A stretch of 64,000 bases of DNA from a virus: positions 9,026 through 73,025 of IMG/VR virus record IMGVR_UViG_2937877337_000001; one strand, written 5' to 3'. The notes below the pieces were generated by a model. The model saw nothing but the letters and a program-made list of their open reading frames with translations, had not been told where the DNA came from and searched no databases. The translations under genes and the position numbers were made by a program. Below, piece after piece: positions 26,140 through 33,860 of the stretch. Within the stretch, counting starts at the first letter, position 1. Each line of letters begins with the position of its first letter.

Positions 26140-26952
26140 ATGAACACGGTAATTGTTTACGGACCACAGGGCTGCGGCAAGACGACAAACGCGCAGGCGC
26201 TGCTGAAGCACTTCGGATGCGACAAGCTGCGTGACGATTGGACTTTATCCCGGCACCTGACCGAAGGCGCATTGCATCTTACGTCTGACGAAATGTCGGC
26301 AGAGGCAACGACGTTTCGTCAACTTTTCAGCAACGTTCGCGCGAAGCTGGTTTCATTCGATGAGGCCGTGGCCGAGATCAACGCTATGCTTGCGAAACCG
26401 ACTGATGGCTCTAAAGCCAGCAACCCAAAGGATTCTGTCGGAGCCCGCAAGTGGCGCCAGTACGCCACAGTGCCAGCCACGGTCATCGCCGAACTCGGCG
26501 TCGCGATGCTCGAAGGCGCGGCAAAATACGGGCGTCACAACTACCGCGTAGCCGGCGTCCGCGCCTCGGTGTACGTCGATGCCGCGAAGGGTCATATCGA
26601 CCAGTGGTGGGAGGGCGAGGACTATGACCCCGACGTTCCCGGCCAACGCCTGTCCCACATCACAAAGGCGATCGCCAGCCTGGTCGTCCTGCGCGATGCG
26701 ATGATCCAGGATATGCTGAATGACGATCGGCCGCCGAAGGCGAAACTCGACAAGGTGCGGGCTGACATGCAGGTCACGGTCGAAGCGATTCTGGACAAGT
26801 ACCCCGAGCCAAAGGCGCCCTTCACCGAGATCGGCGTGAAGAACGGCCAGGGTGTAACCGAGGTCAGGGTCGACGCCAACATCCATCTGACCGATATGAA
26901 CTTCAATAAGGTGATAAGCGGCATCCTCGTACCAGGCAAGGGGATGGCGTGA
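26140..26952 (+). CDS. P-loop NTPase fused to a phage nucleotide-pyrophosphohydrolase-like domain (KYGRHNYR motif)
   Basis: N-terminal VIVYGPQGCGKTT Walker A. C-terminal GARKWRQYATVPATVIAELG...GAAKYGRHNYR resembles phage dATP/dGTP-pyrophosphohydrolase-type domains. Weak. Confidence 0.5.
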   Translation: MNTVIVYGPQGCGKTTNAQALLKHFGCDKLRDDWTLSRHLTEGALHLTSDEMSAEATTFRQLFSNVRAKLVSFDEAVAEINAMLAKPTDGSKASNPKDSVGARKWRQYATVPATVIAELGVAMLEGAAKYGRHNYRVAGVRASVYVDAAKGHIDQWWEGEDYDPDVPGQRLSHITKAIASLVVLRDAMIQDMLNDDRPPKAKLDKVRADMQVTVEAILDKYPEPKAPFTEIGVKNGQGVTEVRVDANIHLTDMNFNKVISGILVPGKGMA

Positions 26953-27200
26953 TGAGCCGCCGTCCTTTCAGAGCCGCAGCGCTCCACTTCCTGGTGCGGC
27001 GCTTTGTCAAGTCGGTCGACGGCAACTGCACCTATCGCGAGATCGAGGAAGGCACGGGAATCAACCGCGAGACGGCGCGTCGCATCTGCCATCGCTACGG
27101 CTATCCGATCGAGCACGATCGCGCAGCCCTGCCGCCTCCGGTCATGGCCGTTGACAGATTTATGGCTACCGGACGCACTTTCTCCCGCAATTCGTATTGA
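26949..27200 (+). CDS. small HTH-like DNA-binding protein (83 aa)
   Basis: CTYREIEEGTGINRETARRICHRYG. ATGA-coupled. Confidence 0.45.
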   Translation: MMSRRPFRAAALHFLVRRFVKSVDGNCTYREIEEGTGINRETARRICHRYGYPIEHDRAALPPPVMAVDRFMATGRTFSRNSY

Positions 27201-27209
27201 CGGGCTCAA

Positions 27210-27234
27210 TTTCACGTTTATAGTGATTTTCACC
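27210..27234 (+). promoter_or_regulatory. motif copy TTCACGTTTAtaGTGAttTTCACc
   Basis: Followed by GGAGA and ATG at 27251. Confidence 0.5.
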
Positions 27235-27250
27235 AAATCGGAGACATGGA

Positions 27251-27532
27251 ATGCCATATCCCAAGAACAGCGACGACGACGATATCACCGAGACCAGCCA
27301 GACAGTCGCGGCCGGTCAGCTTCGCGCTCTCATCGAGCGCATCGAGCGGCTTGAGGAAGAAAAGAAGACCATCGCCGACGACATCAAGGAAATCTACGCG
27401 GAGGCAAAGGGGACCGGTTTCGACACGGCTGCGATCCGCGTGCTCGTCAGATTGCGCAAGAAGGATCAGGCTGAGCGCCAGGAGGCCGAGGCGATCCTTG
27501 ATCTCTACAAGGCCGCGCTCGGCATGGTCTGA
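27251..27532 (+). CDS. DUF2312/GapR-like nucleoid-associated DNA-binding protein
   Basis: [37 protein letters not shown]...[12 protein letters not shown]...EAILDLY matches the conserved DUF2312 (UPF0335, Caulobacter GapR) core. Confidence 0.65.
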   Translation: MPYPKNSDDDDITETSQTVAAGQLRALIERIERLEEEKKTIADDIKEIYAEAKGTGFDTAAIRVLVRLRKKDQAERQEAEAILDLYKAALGMV

Positions 27533-27573
27533 CCGCCACCCTTTCACCAACTCAACATCTCGGAGACACCATC

Positions 27574-27963
27574 ATGAAGCTCGGCGAACTGCGCGCGGCG
27601 ATCCGCAAGACGAAGGAAACCCCGTTCGTCAACATCTACCCCTTCCCCGGCACCGACAAGGGCTTCCGCTTCGCCTTGCAGAAGACGCCACTGCTCGCCG
27701 AACTCGAAGTCGTCTATCCGGGCGGCAAGGCCGTGGAAACCCACCTGGAATTCGACGTGGCGACGGGCAAGCTTTTCTGTCCTACCTACGAGTCGTACAT
27801 GGGCACCACGAAGGAGGAAACGGCCGCCGCCTTCGAAAATTCGACCGTGCAGCCCGGTTCCGACTCGAGCGACGACGATCTCGACCTCGACCTCGGCGAT
27901 GTGCCGGTACGCGGCGTGAGCCCCGTCGAACGCAGCAACGATCTCGACGACCTGTTGGTGTGA
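27574..27963 (+). CDS. hypothetical protein (129 aa), C-terminus SNDLDDLLV
   Basis: AGGAG-like ribosome-binding site. Acidic motif. Confidence 0.5.
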   Translation: MKLGELRAAIRKTKETPFVNIYPFPGTDKGFRFALQKTPLLAELEVVYPGGKAVETHLEFDVATGKLFCPTYESYMGTTKEETAAAFENSTVQPGSDSSDDDLDLDLGDVPVRGVSPVERSNDLDDLLV

Positions 27964-27966
27964 TCC

Positions 27967-28362
27967 ATGACCGACGCTGAACTCGGTCTCAAGCTCGTCA
28001 CGGCGCTGCGCTCGATCTCGGACTCGCGGGATGCTCGCGGCGCCCCGGTGAGAGGCAAGCTCACCAGCCTCGCCTTGAACATCGGGCCGGAAGGCTGGCA
28101 GGCCATTTCCCAGTTCTGGTTGACCAACGACTGGAACGTTTGCGTTGGCAAAGACCCGGCCGCTTGCCTGCTCGACGTGCTGACCAAGCAGCCCGATCTG
28201 TCGGAGCCCTACGATCCGAAGAAGCGGCTCATCGCTGCGGCGAAGCCGGTGCTTCCGGCGAAGGAGATCATGGTCGCCGGCAAGGCTGCGATGAGCGAGG
28301 CGGCAGCGGTGTTCCCGCCACCTGCGTCAAGCGCCAACGACCTGGACGATTTGCTTGTCTGA
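27967..28362 (+). CDS. hypothetical protein (131 aa), C-terminus ANDLDDLLV
   Basis: Same C-terminal heptapeptide as the upstream gene. Confidence 0.5.
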   Translation: MTDAELGLKLVTALRSISDSRDARGAPVRGKLTSLALNIGPEGWQAISQFWLTNDWNVCVGKDPAACLLDVLTKQPDLSEPYDPKKRLIAAAKPVLPAKEIMVAGKAAMSEAAAVFPPPASSANDLDDLLV

Positions 28363-28601
28363 TGCGGCGCTTTTCCTACGAGTGGATCGAGGAAGAAACG
28401 GAGCCGCATTGGACCGAAAACCTCTATGCGATATTTGACTCCGTACACGGACACAGCGAACAATGCGCCGTGGCCTATACAATAACGCGGGACGACGCAG
28501 AACGTATCGTTGACGCGCTGAACTTGGCTTACGACAATACGGCCACCACCAAATCCAAGCCGAAGACCAATATATACGATCTTAGCGATCTTCTTAACTA
28601 A
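28362..28601 (+). CDS. hypothetical protein (79 aa), C-terminus YDLSDLLN
   Basis: TGATG-coupled. Sits in ORF 28140..28601. Confidence 0.45.
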   Translation: MRRFSYEWIEEETEPHWTENLYAIFDSVHGHSEQCAVAYTITRDDAERIVDALNLAYDNTATTKSKPKTNIYDLSDLLN

Positions 28602-28630
28602 GAGTTCACTTTTAACGGGACATTCACGAG

Positions 28631-30034
28631 ATGGGCGGCAGGGTAACACTACATGCGGGCGACAACCGTGTCAGCTTGCGCCGCCTTATCGATCAGGGCG
28701 TCCGCGTCCATTCGGTTGTGTGTGATCCGCCCTACGCCTTGACCAGCATCACCAAGCGCTTCGGCAAGAAGGGCTCGGCCTGCGCGCGCACCGAAGGCAA
28801 CGACGGCAGTTTCGCGCGGCTGTCGGGTGGCTTCATGGGAAAAATTTGGGATGCCACCGGCATCGAGCGCGATCCTGAATTCTGGAAGCTTGTCTACGAA
28901 ATCCTGCTGCCGGGTGGCTACGTGTTCGCCTTCTCTGGTGCCCGCACTGGCCACTGGCAGGCTTGCGCCATGGAAATAGCCGGCTTCATCATGCACCCGA
29001 TGCACGGATGGGTGTACGGCCAAGGCTGGCCAAAGCCGACCTACATAAAGGGCGTTCCTGAATGGGAAGGATGGGGCTACGGCACGCAATCGCAAAAGCC
29101 GGCGCTTGAGCCGATCTACCTCGGCCAGCGCCCCTTCAGCACCAAGACTGCCATGCCGAGCATCCTCAAGCACGGTGTCGGCGCCTTCAACATAAAGGGC
29201 TGCACCGTTGGCGATGGCAGCGAAAGCATCTCGCGCGATGGCGAAGCCGCCATGGATCGTCGCTACAACGAGAGCGGTGCAACGGACTTCGCGGCGCTGC
29301 CTGGTGCTGCCCGTGGCGGCTCACCGGAAGGGCGCGGGCCGGCCAACCTGATCCTGGACGGCTCGCCGTCCGTCGTAGACCTGTTCCCTGTCACGCGCAG
29401 CGGCAAGCCTGGTGTGATGCGCAAGGGCCGCAACGACGGAGCCACATACGGCGCCGAGAGCCGCGCGCCAGGCACAGCGATGACCGGCTACGGCGACGAA
29501 GGCTCGAACGCCAGGTTCTTCCACCAGTTCGCGCCGACCGAGGAAGACTACCAGTGGGCGATCGATGCCGGCCGGATCTCCGACGACCGTGGCGACGCCA
29601 TCATTTACAACGCAAAGGCGAACAAGGCTGACCGCGCGGCATCCAAGCATCCGACCGTCAAGCCGATCGCCCTGCTGCAATACCTCATTCGCCACATCAC
29701 CCCGGCCGGTGGCGTCGTGCTCGATATGTTTGCCGGGTCAGGCACGACCGCCGAGGCCGCGAAGCGCGAGGGGTTCGACTGCATCCTCATGGAAGCGGAA
29801 CCAGAATACCTTGAATTTTTACACACCCGCTTTCATTTTGCGAGTGATACTGATATAGGAATAAATGCCTTGGCGCAGAAAGGAGCAACTGATGAAAATT
29901 TCATCAATGCCGATTTATGTCTGATTGACATTCTTGGTGAAAACGTGTTGTCGACGCGAGACGGCTTTGAGCCTGTCGCGCAGCCCGGATCGTTAGATTT
30001 CGCAGGCCACGATCTGACAGCCTTGTTGTATTAA
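28631..30034 (+). CDS. beta-class DNA methyltransferase (DPPY motif; N6-adenine likely), with low-GC C-terminal extension
   Basis: Motif IV VVCDPPY precedes motif I LDMFAGSGTT; HPTVKPIALLQ. Motif copy at 28605-28628 directly upstream. Confidence 0.75.
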   Translation: MGGRVTLHAGDNRVSLRRLIDQGVRVHSVVCDPPYALTSITKRFGKKGSACARTEGNDGSFARLSGGFMGKIWDATGIERDPEFWKLVYEILLPGGYVFAFSGARTGHWQACAMEIAGFIMHPMHGWVYGQGWPKPTYIKGVPEWEGWGYGTQSQKPALEPIYLGQRPFSTKTAMPSILKHGVGAFNIKGCTVGDGSESISRDGEAAMDRRYNESGATDFAALPGAARGGSPEGRGPANLILDGSPSVVDLFPVTRSGKPGVMRKGRNDGATYGAESRAPGTAMTGYGDEGSNARFFHQFAPTEEDYQWAIDAGRISDDRGDAIIYNAKANKADRAASKHPTVKPIALLQYLIRHITPAGGVVLDMFAGSGTTAEAAKREGFDCILMEAEPEYLEFLHTRFHFASDTDIGINALAQKGATDENFINADLCLIDILGENVLSTRDGFEPVAQPGSLDFAGHDLTALLY

Positions 30035-30058
30035 GCCTGCTTTTCAGGGATCAAAGGC

Positions 30059-30328
30059 ATGAAATTCGAAGAACTCACATTCGTGGGGATTGATAGCAGC
30101 GGGGAATTTCCGAAACCGTTACCGTGGAACCCGAAACGCACTGGAAACTATTCTGAAGACTGCGCCACCGGACGCGAATGCTTCCGTGAGTTGCATGAGT
30201 TTATGCTAATGTGCGACAACCCCTCTTTCCTGGTGCGCGTTTTGAGCGCTCAGGTGCAGGGCGGAACCTGGGAGGGTGTCGAGATCGGCTTTAGCCAGGC
30301 CATGAGCGAGAAGCTTTTCCTCGCCTGA
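30059..30328 (+). CDS. hypothetical protein (89 aa), low-GC moron
   Basis: GC visibly lower than surroundings. Last plus-strand gene before the convergent terminator. Confidence 0.45.
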   Translation: MKFEELTFVGIDSSGEFPKPLPWNPKRTGNYSEDCATGRECFRELHEFMLMCDNPSFLVRVLSAQVQGGTWEGVEIGFSQAMSEKLFLA

Positions 30329-30350
30329 ACTGGGCTTCCCACCTTAGACG

Positions 30351-30407
30351 ACCTGTCGATGTCTCACCGGGAACCGAGGGCTTGCGCCCCGGTGGACATC
30401 GACAGAT
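30351..30407. terminator. long nested inverted repeat between convergent operons
   Basis: cctgtcgatgtc...gacatcgacag (11-bp arms) enclosing caccggg...cccggtg. Confidence 0.6.
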
Positions 30408-31667
30408 TCAGAACCACTCGGTGAACCGCGCCCTCTGGCCTATCGTCGGGTGATAGACGAAGCACTCCACACCTTGGCGATTGACGTACGCATTGCGATC
30501 GTGCCAGCCGTCCGGTGCCGAGGGCGAGCGAACATACTCGATATTCAGATGATGGCCTTCACCCATCGGCGTTCCGCTGATGTGCGCGGTCATGCCGTTG
30601 TGGTCCTTCTCGCGCAGGAACTCGATCTCGCCCCTGGTCTTCCTGATCTTGTGGTGGACGTGATGCAAGAGCCAGTAGAGGTTCAGGCAATCCGAGATGT
30701 GCTCCCGAGCTTCCTTCACCATCACGCCGTAGAGCTTTTCTTCCTTCGCGCCATCACCATGGGTGAGGCCGAACAGGTTGCGCTCGAACCTGTAATATTT
30801 GCGATGCGCTTCCGACAGATTGTAGTCCGTGGCACGCACACGCGGATTGCCACGGAGCCGGCCGGCGACTGCCTGACTGAGAGCCCATCCCATCAGCCAA
30901 TCGTGGTTCGACATGCAGTGGATGAGATCAACGTCAGCGAGGCCCGACGCCTCGTTGATGGCGACTTCGAGCGCCGCGCCGGCATCCTTGAAGCCTTGGA
31001 AGATCGTGCCGTCCGAGTCCTGATATGTGCCGCTCGTCGTGGATGTGCGGGGACCGTCGACATGGAGGATATCGTTGCCCATGACGAACAGGATGCGGCC
31101 GATGCCCCATGGCTTTGCCATGCGGAGCAGGGATTTGGTGCCTTCGATCACGCGGTGTCGAGCCACTTCGCGATTGTAGACGTGGCCGGTCTCTGATTGG
31201 ACGCAGAGCTTCAGGAAGTGAACGTCGGCCAGGTCGATGACCAAAAGGTGGTCGCCAGCGGGCTCGATCAGACGTGGCGGTAGATGACTCAACTGCGTAG
31301 GCGTTTCCAGAATGGTTTCCCGCACCAGGTCTTCGATACGGGTATCCCGGCCGGTGCGCGGATTCTTCACGAACAGCGAATAACCACTGCCCGTGTCATC
31401 CTTCACGATCTTCCAGAAGTGCGATAGGTTGCGCGGGTCCTCGATCCCACCCGCCTCGGCAGCTTCGAGGATTGCCGCATCGTCAACGACTTGTTCGCGG
31501 GCAGCCTCGGCGCCCAACATGCCGCGCTCTCGGGCACGCGTCAGGCGGTTCTTGAAGGTCTTCAGATTGAGCCCGAGGGCGTTAGCCGCGTCTACGGCGC
31601 TGCCATGTGTGATCATGGCATCGGCCGCAGCCCTGGCTAGGTCGTCTGGCAATCGTGGTGTTGGCAA
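30408..31667 (-). CDS. N-terminal HTH fused to calcineurin-like metallophosphoesterase
   Basis: HTH-like SAVDAANALGLNLKTFKNRLTRARERGML. Phosphoesterase motifs LVIDLADVHF (D-x-H), FVMGNDILHVDG (GD...D), MSNHDW (GNHD), LTHGDG. TTG start with GGAG. Confidence 0.55.
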   Translation of the reverse strand: MPTPRLPDDLARAAADAMITHGSAVDAANALGLNLKTFKNRLTRARERGMLGAEAAREQVVDDAAILEAAEAGGIEDPRNLSHFWKIVKDDTGSGYSLFVKNPRTGRDTRIEDLVRETILETPTQLSHLPPRLIEPAGDHLLVIDLADVHFLKLCVQSETGHVYNREVARHRVIEGTKSLLRMAKPWGIGRILFVMGNDILHVDGPRTSTTSGTYQDSDGTIFQGFKDAGAALEVAINEASGLADVDLIHCMSNHDWLMGWALSQAVAGRLRGNPRVRATDYNLSEAHRKYYRFERNLFGLTHGDGAKEEKLYGVMVKEAREHISDCLNLYWLLHHVHHKIRKTRGEIEFLREKDHNGMTAHISGTPMGEGHHLNIEYVRSPSAPDGWHDRNAYVNRQGVECFVYHPTIGQRARFTEWF

Positions 31668-31698
31668 AATTATGCTCCAACTCGTTTGCGCCTGTCGC

Positions 31699-31995
31699 TC
31701 ATGGCGACGGAGTGCCTTTGATGGCGAGCCAGATCAGCCCGAGGATGCCTGCGGTGACGACGGCGGCGGCCGTAAGCATGGTTTGGCGCTTCACGGTGCC
31801 CGTGGACTCGCGCCAATTCCGCAGGAACTGCATGTCCGCCTGCGCTTCGAGCGGCTTGTCAGGGTCGAGCCCGAGCGTGATGAAGGTTTCCTTCACAGCT
31901 TCGCGCGCCGCCTGCCGGGCGATCTCGTGAATTTGAGCCTCGGTCACGGCTTCGGCTCCCGAGCCTTGAAATTTTTGTCGTACCAGGCGGCGCAT
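31699..31995 (-). CDS. hypothetical tail-anchored membrane protein (98 aa)
   Basis: C-terminal TM LTAAAVVTAGILGLIWLAI. Overlaps the o-spanin 3' end by 52 nt. Confidence 0.4.
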   Translation of the reverse strand: MRRLVRQKFQGSGAEAVTEAQIHEIARQAAREAVKETFITLGLDPDKPLEAQADMQFLRNWRESTGTVKRQTMLTAAAVVTAGILGLIWLAIKGTPSP

Positions 31996-32303
31996 TCGTC
32001 GGTCTGCTTGTTCGCATCGCCGAGCGCGTTGTCGGCCTTCTGGTTCGCGACATCGAGACGATCGTGCAGGGTCACGCCGCTGTGGTGGTGTCTGCGGCAG
32101 TCGGTCGGATAGACCGGCATCCGCCGAGCCTCCAGCACGCGCTTCTCGGCCTCGGCGAGCGCCACGCGAACGGACTCGGCCTTGGCCTTGTCGCTGTACG
32201 CCTGATTGAGCCGAAACCTATCGGTTCCGCAGCCGCTCAAGCAGACGCTGGTCAACGCGGCAGTCAGCAGCAACCGGCTGCGCTTCGATCTGTGCCAGTT
32301 CAT
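31944..32303 (-). CDS. o-spanin (outer-membrane lipoprotein, Rz1-like), overlapped architecture
   Basis: Signal peptide plus lipobox LSGC. Periplasmic Cys residues. Start embedded in the 3' end of the i-spanin gene. Confidence 0.65.
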   Translation of the reverse strand: MNWHRSKRSRLLLTAALTSVCLSGCGTDRFRLNQAYSDKAKAESVRVALAEAEKRVLEARRMPVYPTDCRRHHHSGVTLHDRLDVANQKADNALGDANKQTDECAAWYDKNFKAREPKP

Positions 32304-32649
32304 CGGCCTGGTTCTTTCTGTCGATTTCGGAAATGGTGAGTTTCGCTTCGAGATCGAAGCGCGAGCGACGTTCGGTCTCGGCGATCTGGCTGGCTTGGGC
32401 GGCGGCGCTGTCGCTCCACTCGCGGATGCGACGCTCCGAGTCGAGCTTGGCGTTCAGCGCCTCGATCTCGGCGCCCGCAACGAGTTTGGTGACGGCCCTG
32501 TCAACCGCCGTGCGGACGGCCGACGACTTGTCGAAATAGAGCCATGCGCCCGCGACCAGGAAGACCCACACGGGCAACGTGATGCCGAAGGTGAGGACGG
32601 GCAGCACCCACTTGCGCAGGAAGGCGACGACTGCGAGCCAGGTCATCAC
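32218..32649 (-). CDS. i-spanin (Rz-like)
   Basis: N-terminal TM, then coiled-coil periplasmic domain. Directly downstream of the endolysin. Confidence 0.65.
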   Translation of the reverse strand: MMTWLAVVAFLRKWVLPVLTFGITLPVWVFLVAGAWLYFDKSSAVRTAVDRAVTKLVAGAEIEALNAKLDSERRIREWSDSAAAQASQIAETERRSRFDLEAKLTISEIDRKNQADELAQIEAQPVAADCRVDQRLLERLRNR

Positions 32650-33275
32650 TGACCCCTTTTGGGGAGGCTGCTCATGCAGACCTCGCCTTCGCCAATGCGC
32701 GCTTCGTCACCCATACCCCGACGCCTGTTAAGGCCCTCGATCTCTTCGCCCCCGGCCTTGTTGAAACGAAGCTGAGCAGCGCAGCCCTTCGCGTATTCGC
32801 CGGCCATGTGGAACCGGGTCGCCGATGAGCCGGCCATACCCTTCCTCGACTTGATCGAGCCAACGCCGAAGTTGTAGGCACCGGAAAGCATCGCTGCTTG
32901 GACACCGACCGGGAAGTTGAGGAAACCGGGGACCTCGCGAACCAGCGGGAGCCAGTAGTCATGGTAGATTTGCTCGCGGGTCATTTGCTCACACTGCGGG
33001 CGCGTGAATGACATATTCGGGCCGACCGGCTTGCCGTTGATGCGGGTGATGCCGGCGCAGATGTCGTAAATCTTGGCGAACCGGTCCCAATGCGACTTCA
33101 GCACCATGCCTTCCCAGGGAAGGATCAGATAGTCCGTGGCAAGGATGACGGCCGGTGGGAGCACCTTCGGCGTGGTGTCACGCTGCGACTGCCAGCCGCC
33201 GAGGGCAGCGGCAACGATAGCAGCCGCGATTGCACCCTTGCCACGCTTCGTGGCAACGATCTTATTTATCGGCAT
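32646..33275 (-). CDS. SAR endolysin, GH24 (T4/lambda-R-type lysozyme)
   Basis: N-terminal Gly/Ala-rich signal-anchor AIAAAIVAAALGGW, then LPWEGMVLKSHWD...ITRINGKP lysozyme catalytic region. GGGAG ribosome-binding site. Confidence 0.7.
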   Translation of the reverse strand: MPINKIVATKRGKGAIAAAIVAAALGGWQSQRDTTPKVLPPAVILATDYLILPWEGMVLKSHWDRFAKIYDICAGITRINGKPVGPNMSFTRPQCEQMTREQIYHDYWLPLVREVPGFLNFPVGVQAAMLSGAYNFGVGSIKSRKGMAGSSATRFHMAGEYAKGCAAQLRFNKAGGEEIEGLNRRRGMGDEARIGEGEVCMSSLPKRGQ

Positions 33276-33504
33276 CGGGGGCTCCCGAGAGTTGCTTTTG
33301 AACGATGACGCGCGCCGGGATTGCCAGGGCGGCAAACAGACCGGCAAGTAGGGCGAATGGGACAGGCGAGATCGGCACGTAGCCGCCAAGCAGCGGCCAG
33401 GCATATTCTGCGCCACAGAGCACCCAGCAAACGAAGCCGAAGGCGTTCAGGTGCAGGCTGTGGGAATGCCGCACTACCTTGCCGGTGTTAGGAAGGAGCT
33501 TCAT
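33262..33504 (-). CDS. class II holin (pinholin candidate), 80 aa, 2 TM
   Basis: Trimmed to MKLLPNTG. Two TM helices. Immediately upstream of the SAR endolysin. Confidence 0.55.
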   Translation of the reverse strand: MKLLPNTGKVVRHSHSLHLNAFGFVCWVLCGAEYAWPLLGGYVPISPVPFALLAGLFAALAIPARVIVQKQLSGAPDADK

Positions 33505-33725
33505 CCTTGGAACTCGCCGCTCAGACAGGCGGCCTCGATCGGCTCCTGAATGTGTCGCCACTTGGCCAGTTGCAGCGCGCAGTGGTTGGGCTCGATCAGC
33601 CGCGACAGGATGCGGCAGAACAGACATTGGGCGCCGTACCGCTCGGCGATCCTGGCGCACAGCGTCTGGTCTCCGCGTCCGCCGCAGAGCCGATTCAAGA
33701 GTCCTGAGAGCCGATAAAAGTTCAT
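33501..33725 (-). CDS. Cys-rich small protein (74 aa), first gene of lysis operon
   Basis: Six Cys (CGGRG...C...C..C......HC). ATGA-coupled to the holin. Confidence 0.45.
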   Translation of the reverse strand: MNFYRLSGLLNRLCGGRGDQTLCARIAERYGAQCLFCRILSRLIEPNHCALQLAKWRHIQEPIEAACLSGEFQG

Positions 33726-33760
33726 GGGTTGCCCGCCACGCGGTCAGGTGGAAGGCCCAC

Positions 33761-33810
33761 TTATCGCACGTTCAAACGTGATTATCAAGTTAAACGTGAT
33801 TTTATGCCAC
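33761..33810. promoter_or_regulatory. motif copies aACGTGAttatcaagttaaACGTGAtttt in the divergent lysis / acyltransferase intergenic region
   Basis: AT-rich. Lies between minus-strand 33725 and plus-strand 33861. Confidence 0.5.
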
Positions 33811-33860
33811 GGAAGGCTTCAACGCTTGAATAGTGCTGCAATTTAGGCAATGAGAATTCA

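Noticed and set aside
9011-28628. Interpreting the motif as Caulobacter-type CtrA boxes (TTAA-N7-TTAAC) or as sigma-70 -35/-10 pairs
   Set aside because: Spacing and half-site sequence do not fit TTAA-N7-TTAA. The motif ends too close to the ATG (1-20 nt) to be a canonical -35/-10 with a leader. A dyad operator for a phage dimeric regulator fits better, though a promoter function is not excluded.
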